In this document: piece after piece, positions 26,950 to 36,177 of the stretch
How positions within the stretch are numbered: the stretch's first letter is position 1
Layout of the letters: the number at the start of each line of letters is the position of its first letter
From: Candidatus Levyibacteriota bacterium
Lineage (GTDB): Bacteria > Patescibacteriota > Microgenomatia > Levybacterales > UBA12049
DNA length: 63,855 bases
Reading direction: 5' to 3'
Assembly: GCA_038205015.1 (NCBI GenBank)
Contig: JBBRCK010000006.1
Coordinates: 1 to 63,855, forward strand
Notes under the pieces: model-generated
Told to the model about the DNA's origin: nothing
The model's database searches: none
Seen by the model: the letters and a program-made list of their open reading frames with translations, nothing else
Program-made: the position numbers and the translations under genes

Positions 26950-28494
26950 TTATAAAAAGCGTGATAAATTTAATTTCTTGTCGATAAATAGCCATGCTTG
27001 CGATATTGGATCAAAAAAATCCAATCTTCTCATGCTGTATCTCATATTTTTAACATTAGGGTATGGAGAATTTTCTTTTTTAATTATCTGATAAATAATT
27101 AAATTATCCTCTGTATTAATTTTTTGATATTCTTTAATTGAATATTTTGTTAGTAAACCCTGTAATAAATATGAATTTTTATATGAAAGCGATAAGTTGT
27201 GAACGTACGAACCGGAATAAAGTCCATAAGGATCTGATATAGCAGCGGAGGTAATAAAAATTTTTTGATTATTTTTTAAATAACTATCTATGCTCATTTC
27301 TAAGCCTCCGTCAGTTGTATTTGCGAATTGCCCTTTATAAAAACCCTGCGTATAAGGCCTTTCAAAATGGCTTCTAATTAAAAGTCCTTTTGGCAAAGCA
27401 CTCAAAGTGCTTAATTCATTTAAATATGGAGCATTGTTCACCCTAAATATTTGCGGCAAGGTTATGATTAACAAATAAATTAGCAGTAAATAAAATAATT
27501 TAACGTTTTTTGAAATTAATATCGCTACTAAAGTTGCTAGTCCTAACCCTACAATAAGCGCGTGACGCCCAAATAAAAGCGAGTCCCAAGATTGATTTAA
27601 TAGGATTGCGGGAGCCATAAATAATAAAAATAACCAAAACATTTTACTTTTAGAAAAATATAGCTTGATAAGTGATATGAAGGCTAATAATACAACTAAA
27701 TTTGTGTTATTTCTAAGAAGTGGGATTATAAAATTTCTAAAATAAATAAACATACCACTCATGCTTAAATTTATTGGAACCGTATCTTTAAGACTAAAAA
27801 AATATATATAGATAGAACTCGCCAATTGCCTATTAGAAGCTAAGGCAAGTAAGCCGGCGTTTGTAATCCCAAAAAAAAGTAAACTTAATAAATAATATAT
27901 TGATATTTTATAAATCAGCTTCTTATTTAAAATAAACATCAAGTAAATTAAAAACGGAATCCATAAGATTACACTAAATTGTGTAAAAAATGAAAATCCG
28001 AAGCAAGCAGAGCTTAGTAATATATATGATTTATTTTTGTTTTTTAAATACGCTGTTAATAAATACAAAGAGAAGATAAAAAATGATATATATGTTGTTT
28101 CCATCATAATAGTTACGTTTGTAATCCAATAAATAGGTATAAGTGAAAAAATAATTGAAGCCAACATTCCAATTTTTTTGTCAAACAATATTTCAATTGT
28201 TTTATAGAAAAAATAAATTGAGAAAGTCGCTAAAATTACCTGCGCAACTTGCATTGAATAGAGAGGATTTAAATTTATAAATTTTGCCAAATGATAAATT
28301 GGCCAAAATAATAAAGTGTAGCCCGAGTGAAAAGGAATATGCCCTGAGGTAATTGCAGTAAATAAATTACTTTCCGAAAATCTTCTAATATACTCCTGCG
28401 AATCAAACATCACAGGACTGGTGGTAATAAAAATTACTCTTGAAATGAAAAAAGAAAAAAGAAAAATTAATAAAGGCTTATTTTTGCTAAACAT
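26950..28494 (-). CDS. GT-C fold membrane glycosyltransferase (ArnT/PMT-like)
   Basis: FDSQEY, H(S)GYTLL, MMETTY, many TMs. Confidence 0.7.
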   Translation of the reverse strand: MFSKNKPLLIFLFSFFISRVIFITTSPVMFDSQEYIRRFSESNLFTAITSGHIPFHSGYTLLFWPIYHLAKFINLNPLYSMQVAQVILATFSIYFFYKTIEILFDKKIGMLASIIFSLIPIYWITNVTIMMETTYISFFIFSLYLLTAYLKNKNKSYILLSSACFGFSFFTQFSVILWIPFLIYLMFILNKKLIYKISIYYLLSLLFFGITNAGLLALASNRQLASSIYIYFFSLKDTVPINLSMSGMFIYFRNFIIPLLRNNTNLVVLLAFISLIKLYFSKSKMFWLFLLFMAPAILLNQSWDSLLFGRHALIVGLGLATLVAILISKNVKLFYLLLIYLLIITLPQIFRVNNAPYLNELSTLSALPKGLLIRSHFERPYTQGFYKGQFANTTDGGLEMSIDSYLKNNQKIFITSAAISDPYGLYSGSYVHNLSLSYKNSYLLQGLLTKYSIKEYQKINTEDNLIIYQIIKKENSPYPNVKNMRYSMRRLDFFDPISQAWLFIDKKLNLSRFL

Positions 28495-28580
28495 TACCTG
28501 AAGTATATCAAATATATATAATTTTTTAGAATCTTTTAGTCCTTGACAAGTTTTTTCAAATTATTTTAAAATGTCCTCGA

Positions 28581-28982
28581 GTGAAATCTGAAATACAACG
28601 AAGATTAGCGCATTTATATGATACTGCTGAACCAGTCGACTGCTTTGGGAGAGCACCAGCAACGCCAAGAGAAATTGAAGTGTTTTTAGATACTTCTAAT
28701 CCTCAAAGAGCAGAAGTTCCTCCCCAAGTAAAGCCAGCCTCTCCTTGGTCTTTTCTTCCTAGTGGCACTTTTTCTATCGAAAACGGTTGCGTAGTGCCGT
28801 ATCAAGATGTTGACCAAATAACTACCAGAAAGGGTTTAGAGGACAGGCAGGCTTGTGATATCAATGGAGAAGATTCTGATTCCACCAGCGTTAAAAGACA
28901 AGTTGCCCAACACAGGCAACATCAAAACGCAGGACGCAAGCCTCGAGGAGGTTATAGGCCACAACAGGGAGGGCGCCGCTAA
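28581..28982 (+). CDS. Hypothetical protein with an Arg/Gly/Gln-rich C-terminus
   Basis: 133-aa ORF behind a TTGACA...TAAAAT promoter. Confidence 0.55.
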   Translation: MKSEIQRRLAHLYDTAEPVDCFGRAPATPREIEVFLDTSNPQRAEVPPQVKPASPWSFLPSGTFSIENGCVVPYQDVDQITTRKGLEDRQACDINGEDSDSTSVKRQVAQHRQHQNAGRKPRGGYRPQQGGRR

Positions 28983-29008
28983 TATTTCAAGGAGTGAATC
29001 TTAAAAAC

Positions 29009-30037
29009 TTAAATAAGCTTTCCCTGCTTAGTAACTTTTGGCAAAGTAATTCCTAAATGATGATAAGCTGCCGGTGTTGCTACCCTTCCACGGGAAGTTT
29101 TTTTCAAAAATCCAATCTGCATTAAATAAGGCTCAATTACCTCCTCGACTGTTCCAATGTCTTCTGAGATTGTTGAGGCAATTGTTTCAATTCCAACCGG
29201 TCCGCCGGCGTGTTTTTCAATAATCGCCTTTAGGTATCTAACATCTGATGAATCTAATCCAACTTCATCTACTTCCAGCATATTCAAAGCTTCACTAATA
29301 ATACTTTTTACCAATTTTCCGTCTGCCCTAACCTGAACAAAATCTCTAGCTCTTTTTAAAATTTTTAAGGCAATCCTTGGTGTTCCTCTAGCTCTTTTTG
29401 CTATTTCCAAGATCGACTCCTCATCGATTGGAACTTTTAATTTTAAGGCCGCTTTTTTAATAATCTCTCTTAATTCTTTTGGCTCATAAAAAGAAAGCCT
29501 ATGAATTACGCCGAACCTATCTCGAAGAGGTGCAGACATTAATCCAATCCTTGTCGTTGCGCCAATAATAGTAAACTGGGGAAGATCTAATCTTAGAGTT
29601 CTTGCGCTTGGTCCCTTTCCAATAACCACGTCCAGCGCGTAGTCTTCCATTGCCGGGTACAAAGTTTCCTCAACAGTTTTTTGTAGCCTGTGAATCTCAT
29701 CTATAAAAAGGATATCTCCTTTTTCCAAATTTGTGAGAATAGACGCCAAATCTCCGGCTCTTTCTATCGCAGGACCCGAAGTTACTCTTATATTAACTCC
29801 CATCTCCTTGGCAATTAAATGAGAAAGGGTAGTCTTGCCAAGTCCGGGAGGACCATATAAGAGAATATGCTCGATTGATTCTTTTCTTTTTTTAGAAGCT
29901 TGGATAGCAATCTTTAAGCTTTCTTTAACATTTTTTTGTCCGTAAAAATCGTTCCAATCCGAAGCTCTTAACGAGGTAAACAAAACTTCTTCTTCGGGAG
30001 ATTCTTGTTCTATGTTTTTAACTTTGTCTTTTGCCAT
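29009..30037 (-). CDS. ruvB: Holliday junction branch migration ATPase RuvB
   Basis: [38 protein letters not shown]. Confidence 0.97.
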   Translation of the reverse strand: MAKDKVKNIEQESPEEEVLFTSLRASDWNDFYGQKNVKESLKIAIQASKKRKESIEHILLYGPPGLGKTTLSHLIAKEMGVNIRVTSGPAIERAGDLASILTNLEKGDILFIDEIHRLQKTVEETLYPAMEDYALDVVIGKGPSARTLRLDLPQFTIIGATTRIGLMSAPLRDRFGVIHRLSFYEPKELREIIKKAALKLKVPIDEESILEIAKRARGTPRIALKILKRARDFVQVRADGKLVKSIISEALNMLEVDEVGLDSSDVRYLKAIIEKHAGGPVGIETIASTISEDIGTVEEVIEPYLMQIGFLKKTSRGRVATPAAYHHLGITLPKVTKQGKLI

Positions 30038-30056
30038 ACGTTTGATACCTTTGGTA

Positions 30057-30635
30057 TTATCTTTTACCTAAATTTTTTAGCGCCGTCTTTACTTTCTCAT
30101 CTAAGGACAACCCCTGAGTTTTTACCTCTCTTAAGGCTTTTTGAGCTTCCTGGGTCGAAAAACCAAAAGTTTTTAAAGCTTGGATCGCTTCTGCATTTTC
30201 AATAAAGTCTTTACCGGACAAATCAAGCTCAGCGTCAGAACCCATTTTATTTTTAAGTTCAATGATAATTTTTTGAGCATTTTTTGTACCAAGCCTAGGA
30301 ACCGAGGTGAAAAATGATACATCTCCTTTAATGATTGCCTCAACAATATCCTTTCTTTCTCCAAAGGAAAAAATATTTAACGCAGTTTTGGGTCCGATTC
30401 CTGAAACAGTAATCAAATTTTCAAAAAGACTTAAATCGTCAATTTCTAAAAACCCAAAAAGTTCTAAGGCATCTTCTCTGACGTAAGTAAATGTAAATAG
30501 TTTGATTTTTTCGTTGGTGATAAGCTTTGAGTAAATACTGTCAGGAACCAAAACTTTATAGCCAACACCCTGAACATCAATTATTACAAAGGGTCTTTTA
30601 AGAACTTCTATTTTTCCATTTAGAAAGCCAATCAT
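30057..30635 (-). CDS. ruvA: Holliday junction DNA-binding protein RuvA
   Basis: [42 protein letters not shown]. Confidence 0.96.
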   Translation of the reverse strand: MIGFLNGKIEVLKRPFVIIDVQGVGYKVLVPDSIYSKLITNEKIKLFTFTYVREDALELFGFLEIDDLSLFENLITVSGIGPKTALNIFSFGERKDIVEAIIKGDVSFFTSVPRLGTKNAQKIIIELKNKMGSDAELDLSGKDFIENAEAIQALKTFGFSTQEAQKALREVKTQGLSLDEKVKTALKNLGKR

Positions 30636-30646
30636 AATTTAGATGA

Positions 30647-31138
30647 TTATAGCATACGAAGTTTTGCGGATTTTTTTGAAAAAGCATGGGTAATTGCAAC
30701 TGCCAAAGCATCCGCAGTGTCATCCGGTTTTGGGATCTCTTTTAAGGCTAATAGTCCTTTTACCATTTTGCCAACCTGCATTTTCTCGGCTCTTCCATAA
30801 CCTGTTAGGGTAAGTTTTACCTGAAGCGGAGTATAAATTCCGATATTTAAATTTGCTTTTGAGGCTGACAAAAGAATAACGCCTCTTGCCTGGCCAACAA
30901 TAAAAGCGGTTTTTGCATTATTATTAAAAAACAGTTCTTCTATGGAAAACTCGTCGGGGGAGTATTTTTTGATTATTTGAGAGACTTCGTCATAAATTTG
31001 CTTTAGCCTATCGGGCGCAGCCTTTTTTGCGGAAGTTTCGATACAACCAAAAGCTATCACTTTTAGCTTTGATTTTCCAAACTCGACCACTCCCCAGCCA
31101 CACCTTGCAATTCCCGGATCAATCCCTAAGACTGTCAT
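30647..31138 (-). CDS. ruvC: Holliday junction resolvase RuvC
   Basis: LGIDPG, IEELFF, GQARGV, PDDTADALAVA. Confidence 0.96.
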   Translation of the reverse strand: MTVLGIDPGIARCGWGVVEFGKSKLKVIAFGCIETSAKKAAPDRLKQIYDEVSQIIKKYSPDEFSIEELFFNNNAKTAFIVGQARGVILLSASKANLNIGIYTPLQVKLTLTGYGRAEKMQVGKMVKGLLALKEIPKPDDTADALAVAITHAFSKKSAKLRML

Positions 31139-31191
31139 TTTTTGATTATATCACTTGCTTATTATTCGTCTTTTAAGTAAAATACTATATT

Positions 31192-31908
31192 ATGAAGCGT
31201 GAAAAACTAAAAGCGGGAATAAGAAAAGTTTTAGGTAAAGACGTTAAAAAACTCCGAAGAGAAGGATTCTTACCGGCTAACGTTTATGGGAAAAGCATCA
31301 AATCTGAAGCAGTTCAAGTAACTTACAAAGATTTTGACGAAGTTTTTAAAGAAGCCGGAGAAACCGGATTAGTTGATTTGGAAGTTGATGGGAAATTAGT
31401 TCCGGTTTTAATTCATAACGTTCAAAAAAACTTTAGAGGTTTAGTTTTACACGCAGATTTTTTCCAAGTTAATCTTAAAGAAAAAGTTAAGACTAATATT
31501 CCACTCGAGATTGTCGGAGAACCAAAAGCAGTTACGGATAAGGTCGGAATTTTGATGAATATTTTATCGGAAGTTGAAGTCGAAGCGCTTCCGGAAGAAC
31601 TTCCTGAGAATATTGAAGTAAATGTTGAGCACTTAGCAAATATTGATGACCAAATAACGGTAGCTGATCTTAAAGCTCCAACCGGAGTTGAAGTTTTAAC
31701 AGATCCAAATCAAGTTGTTTCCAAAATCGCAGAATTAGTCTCTAAAGAAGCTCAAGAGCAAGCAGCCGAAGAAGCAGCAGCGGCCGAAGCAGCAGCAACT
31801 GAAACTCCAGTCGAGGGTGAAGCAGTTGTCGAAGGTGAAACTACATCCGAGGGTGAAAAACCAGCAGAAAATCCAGAAGCTTCTAAAGAAGAAGTCAAAC
31901 CTCAATAA
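31192..31908 (+). CDS. rplY: 50S ribosomal protein L25 (long Ctc/TL5 type) with acidic tail
   Basis: KKLRREGFLPANVYG, HADFFQV, VEVEALPEELPE, ITVADL. Confidence 0.93.
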   Translation: MKREKLKAGIRKVLGKDVKKLRREGFLPANVYGKSIKSEAVQVTYKDFDEVFKEAGETGLVDLEVDGKLVPVLIHNVQKNFRGLVLHADFFQVNLKEKVKTNIPLEIVGEPKAVTDKVGILMNILSEVEVEALPEELPENIEVNVEHLANIDDQITVADLKAPTGVEVLTDPNQVVSKIAELVSKEAQEQAAEEAAAAEAAATETPVEGEAVVEGETTSEGEKPAENPEASKEEVKPQ

Positions 31909-32369
31909 TAATTTTGATTTTTGTTTAAAATTTCTTCCAATTTCTTTGAATCTAAGTAGTTTGGGTCTAAAAGCAAAGCTTTTTTGTTAAATTTTTTTGC
32001 TTTATTAAAATTTCCTAAATTATATTCTAAAACCGCAACTCTAAAATATGCATCTTTGTAGCCTGAATATTTATTTGTAACCGATGTCCAAAAATTAATT
32101 TCACGTTGGATTTTTTCACGCTCTAAATTAATTTCGTAAGCTTGGTTAAAGTTTTTATAAACCTTAAAACTGATTAAACTTATTCCTAAAATTAAAACAA
32201 ATATTACTAATATACCTAAAATTATTGAAAAATAATAAAATATTTTTTTAACTTTAGGTTGATTTTGCAATCTAATCGATAAATTTTTGAATTTTTTAAA
32301 TAACTTATTCTCGGTAATTCTTCGGTAAATACTCGGGAATTGCGAGGCTAAGGCGTTATTTTTACTCAT
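31902..32369 (-). CDS. Single-TM protein with a C-terminal TPR
   Basis: YSGYKDAYFRVAVLEYNLGNFNKAKKFNKKALLLDPN. Confidence 0.65.
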   Translation of the reverse strand: MSKNNALASQFPSIYRRITENKLFKKFKNLSIRLQNQPKVKKIFYYFSIILGILVIFVLILGISLISFKVYKNFNQAYEINLEREKIQREINFWTSVTNKYSGYKDAYFRVAVLEYNLGNFNKAKKFNKKALLLDPNYLDSKKLEEILNKNQNYY

Positions 32370-34473
32370 AAATTGGCCACTCTGATATCATTAGGCTCTC
32401 CCCCTCTTTCCACAGTATGTGATAAATCTCCTCTGTCACAAATGGCATAAATGGATGAAGAAGTTTTAAAATTACCAAATATGAATTCTTTAAGACGGAA
32501 TATGAAGAGTTATCTATTCTGTTTTTAACATCTTCTATGTAAATATCGGCGAAAGTATGCCAGGCAAATTCATAAAGGTTTTGAGCAGCGTGGTTAAAAT
32601 CATATTTATTAAGTAAGCTTGCTACCTCTTTTGCCAGCTGTTTTATTTTTTCACTCATCTCGTTATCATTTTCATTTGTTATCTTTTTTTCTGATTCTAT
32701 GTAGTCTTCGGGCTTAGTCATTTCGATAAACCTAGCCATATTCCATAACTTATTGGTAAACTTTCGCATCGCTTCAAGCTTAGGATAAGATAAGGACTGA
32801 TCATTCCCAAAAGCTGTGCCGTAAATAAGCGCAAAACGCACTGCGTCGGCTCCATATTGATCAATTAGCTCTATCGGATTAATTACGTTCCCCTTGCTCT
32901 TGCTCATTTTCTTGCCTAGAGGATCATTGACTAGGCCATGTAGCACAACATCTTTAAAAGGAATTTGCTCCCCTATCCTCTCTACTCCTTGTTTTTTCTG
33001 AATATAAATTCCAAGCATTACCATTCTGGCCACCCACCATGGCAAAATGTCATACCCTGTTTCCATTACGTTGGCCGGATAAAACTTAAGACTATCGGTA
33101 GTTTTTAAAGTAGCGTAGGGCCATTGTCCTGAAGAAAACCAAGTATCAAAAGTGTCTTCGTCTTGAATCATTTTTCCCGAGCATTTCCCGCATTTTTCCC
33201 GAACTTCCCCGGCTGTCACTTCCCACTGCCCGCATTTTTCGCATTTAAAGGCTGGAATTCTTATTCCCCACACAATTTGGCGGGATATATTCCAATCTTT
33301 AATATTTTCAAGAAATTGTAAGTATCTTTTTTCAAAATCCTTAGGATAAATCTTAATCTCTTCTTTTTTAACTACTTCTATTGCCTGTCTTGCTAAGGGC
33401 TCCATTTTTACAAACCACTGCTCTAAAGGGAGCGGCTCAATTGGGTTTTTACATTTATAGCAAAGGCCAATTCTATGGACATAATTTTCATCTATTTTTT
33501 CAACTAGTCCTTTTGCCTGCATATCCTCAACCACTGCTCTCCTAGCTTGCTTAATATATAAACCTTCGTATTTACCAGCTTTTTCATTCATTTTGCCGTC
33601 AAAATTTATTACTTGAACCATTGGCAAGTCATGCCTATCAGCTACTTCAAAATCGTCAAAATCATGAGCCGGAGTAATTTTTACAACACCTGTACCAAAT
33701 AATGGATCGACAAATTTATCGGCTACAACTTTTATTTTTGATTTTCCCAATACCGTTTCAATATCCAATTCTTTGCCGATATATTGCTGGTAACGCTTGT
33801 CATCCGGATGAACCGCCACGGCCGTATCTCCAAACTTTGTTTCCGGCCTAGTAGTTGCTAAAATTAATGGACCATACTTAATGTAATAAAGAGGATTTTG
33901 TCTTTCTTCATAAATTACTTCTAAATCTGAAAAGCTGGTGCCATCATAAGTACAATAATTAACTAGCCTTTTTGCTCGATAAACTAAACCATCGTCAAAT
34001 AATTTTTTAAAAGTGTCATAAACAATTTCTATAACATCTTTATCCATGGTATATTTTTCCCGGCTCCAATCAAGCGAGAATCCAAGTCTTCGAAGTTGTT
34101 TTTCTATCCCCCCTCTATTTTCATCAACGTAGAGTTTAATCATCTTAAATAGCTCTTCTCTGGTAAAATCCAAGCGCGACTTCCCTTCTTCTCTAAGTTT
34201 TTTCTCAAAAACAAACTGCGTTTCTATGCCTGCATGATCAGTTCCAGGAAGCCAGAGTGTTGATAATCCTTTCATGCGGTGATATCTAATTAAAATATCT
34301 TCTACTACATACATCGCGTGGCCAAAATGAAGCGCTCCGTTAGCATTGGTAGGAGGCAAAATTATTGAGTATGGTTTTCCTGTGGGGTTAACTTCGGGCT
34401 TAAAATATCCTTTTTCTTCCCAAGTTTTATAGATTTTCTCCTCAACGTCTTTATTATTATAAACTTTGTCCAT
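32362..34473 (-). CDS. valS: Valine--tRNA ligase (no C-terminal coiled coil)
   Basis: HFGH (HIGH), GTDHAGIETQ, TTRPET, DWNISRQIVWG, KMSKS, LHPFMPFVTEE. Confidence 0.95.
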   Translation of the reverse strand: MDKVYNNKDVEEKIYKTWEEKGYFKPEVNPTGKPYSIILPPTNANGALHFGHAMYVVEDILIRYHRMKGLSTLWLPGTDHAGIETQFVFEKKLREEGKSRLDFTREELFKMIKLYVDENRGGIEKQLRRLGFSLDWSREKYTMDKDVIEIVYDTFKKLFDDGLVYRAKRLVNYCTYDGTSFSDLEVIYEERQNPLYYIKYGPLILATTRPETKFGDTAVAVHPDDKRYQQYIGKELDIETVLGKSKIKVVADKFVDPLFGTGVVKITPAHDFDDFEVADRHDLPMVQVINFDGKMNEKAGKYEGLYIKQARRAVVEDMQAKGLVEKIDENYVHRIGLCYKCKNPIEPLPLEQWFVKMEPLARQAIEVVKKEEIKIYPKDFEKRYLQFLENIKDWNISRQIVWGIRIPAFKCEKCGQWEVTAGEVREKCGKCSGKMIQDEDTFDTWFSSGQWPYATLKTTDSLKFYPANVMETGYDILPWWVARMVMLGIYIQKKQGVERIGEQIPFKDVVLHGLVNDPLGKKMSKSKGNVINPIELIDQYGADAVRFALIYGTAFGNDQSLSYPKLEAMRKFTNKLWNMARFIEMTKPEDYIESEKKITNENDNEMSEKIKQLAKEVASLLNKYDFNHAAQNLYEFAWHTFADIYIEDVKNRIDNSSYSVLKNSYLVILKLLHPFMPFVTEEIYHILWKEGESLMISEWPIYE

Positions 34474-34505
34474 GAAGCTATTCTAACATACGACAGAATT
34501 TCTAT

Positions 34506-35810
34506 TCAATTAGTTTTGGTTAATTTAAATCCCCTGGTTTTTATGGTTTGGATTTCGAAATTATTATCTTGTTGTTTTAATTTATTCCTAACTCTTTCAA
34601 CTAACTTATCTATTGCCCAATCTGAAATCCCCAAGCCGGTTCCCTCGGGCCACACCGCTTCAATTATTTTTTCTCTTTCGCAAATTTGATCAAATTTATT
34701 TTTTAAGTATTCAAAAAGCATTAACTCTTTTTTACTAAACTCATTAGTATTGTCTTTTGCTTCTCCTATTGCTCGCTGTTTTACAAAATATGCAAAAAGA
34801 GGACTAAAAATGATTAATTTACTATTTTCTTCTCTAACCAAGCCTGCTTCCCAAAGATAGGCAGTTTGTTTTTTTGCCTCTTTGGTGATAATTTCACTTT
34901 TATCTATTTTTGATAAAACCGTTTGCTCATTAGTATTTAAATTTTCCCAAAGTTCTTCAGATTGTAACCTGATTCGCTCATCGTTAATTAAATAATCAAA
35001 TAAATCCTTTTTTGTATTAATTTCTTTGTAAGGCTCATGCAAAGCAATAAGTCCAAGTAATAAATATTGAAAATGCCCATCTACTAATCTTAATAATTCT
35101 TTTTCCAAATCCTTATTTAATTTTAGTTGGTAACGGCTTTTATAGGTTTCATAGATTATCATTGTATCCTCTTTTTTTGTGAGACCTATATAAACATTTT
35201 TATAAACTAGTGCCAAAACAGCTTGTGAAGAAATATTGGGAAATACTCTATCAAACGGAACAAAACTGGTAAAAACAAAGCTTAATTTTTGATGAGAGAA
35301 ATTTTTTAATCCTTCCAAATTAGCAAATAATTCCGGCGTAGCTGCTTGCCCAAGCCTGTCAAAGCGTATAAAAAACATTGTTGGTAGACAACCTTCCTCA
35401 ATTATTTTTCCTATGGCCAGCCTTACGCTGTCAATTGTAAAAAACAAATCTTTTAGCTGTATGCTTTCCAAGAATAGATCCCTAATCTCATTCTTTGTTT
35501 TTTCGGAAAGCGTAGAATCATCTACCGCATCAACAATCCTTTTAAGTGTTAGGACCCAAAATGGCATAATATCGCATTCAAATAAATCATTTAAGTCAAC
35601 TGTTATAAATATATGTTTTTCCCAATTATTAACATAAGTTTTATATACCTCAGGCTGTTTAAGAAAAAACCTTAAAAAATTACCTATTCCCACTCTTTTT
35701 ATACCAAGCAGAACAATTGAGTGCCGTCCATTTAAATACTCGGCCAAAGTCCTGGCGTTATTCTCTTGAAAAGAAAGTGGATATTTAATTGCCAGTAAGT
35801 CTTGCGCCAT
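34506..35810 (-). CDS. Degenerate P-loop NTPase fused to an OmpR-type winged HTH (paralog 1)
   Basis: Walker-A-like GIKRVGIG lacks Lys; C-terminus EREKIIEAVW...IDKLVERVRNKL...IQTIKTRGFK. Confidence 0.7.
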   Translation of the reverse strand: MAQDLLAIKYPLSFQENNARTLAEYLNGRHSIVLLGIKRVGIGNFLRFFLKQPEVYKTYVNNWEKHIFITVDLNDLFECDIMPFWVLTLKRIVDAVDDSTLSEKTKNEIRDLFLESIQLKDLFFTIDSVRLAIGKIIEEGCLPTMFFIRFDRLGQAATPELFANLEGLKNFSHQKLSFVFTSFVPFDRVFPNISSQAVLALVYKNVYIGLTKKEDTMIIYETYKSRYQLKLNKDLEKELLRLVDGHFQYLLLGLIALHEPYKEINTKKDLFDYLINDERIRLQSEELWENLNTNEQTVLSKIDKSEIITKEAKKQTAYLWEAGLVREENSKLIIFSPLFAYFVKQRAIGEAKDNTNEFSKKELMLFEYLKNKFDQICEREKIIEAVWPEGTGLGISDWAIDKLVERVRNKLKQQDNNFEIQTIKTRGFKLTKTN

Positions 35811-35859
35811 AAAGTATTATCATTTTAAATGCCGACTCAACATTTAGCAATAAGCTTTA

Positions 35860-35899
35860 CTGTCAGAATTTTGTCAGAAAAGTGTCTCTTAATCGTCAA
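35860..35899 (+). promoter_or_regulatory. Pho-box-like array of four 11-bp-phased GTCA repeats
   Basis: CTGTCAG (35860), TTGTCAG (35871), GTGTCTC (35882), TCGTCAA (35893); ends at the -35 position of the 35933 promoter (TATTAT 35921-35926). Confidence 0.6.
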
Positions 35900-35932
35900 G
35901 CCAAATAATATGAAAGACTATATTATGTTTCT

Positions 35933-36115
35933 ATGACAATAGAACTTGGACCAAAGCCGGTACAACTAGAAGGCAACCCTAGCGAGGAACGAAAAGTACC
36001 AAGATATCAATTAATTGGCGATGAGAGAAAACGACCAGTTACAATTGTTGATATTCACAGAACTATTAAGCCTGAGACCAGCCCTCATCTAATTCAAATC
36101 GTAAATTTTAAATAA
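35933..36115 (+). CDS. Small hypothetical protein (60 aa)
   Basis: TATTAT-6-ATG; divergent from wHTH paralog 1. Confidence 0.55.
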   Translation: MTIELGPKPVQLEGNPSEERKVPRYQLIGDERKRPVTIVDIHRTIKPETSPHLIQIVNFK

Positions 36116-36177
36116 AATTAATTTATTACTTCACAAACGTTTCACAGATAATTTAACTGTGGGATTTACAAATTATT

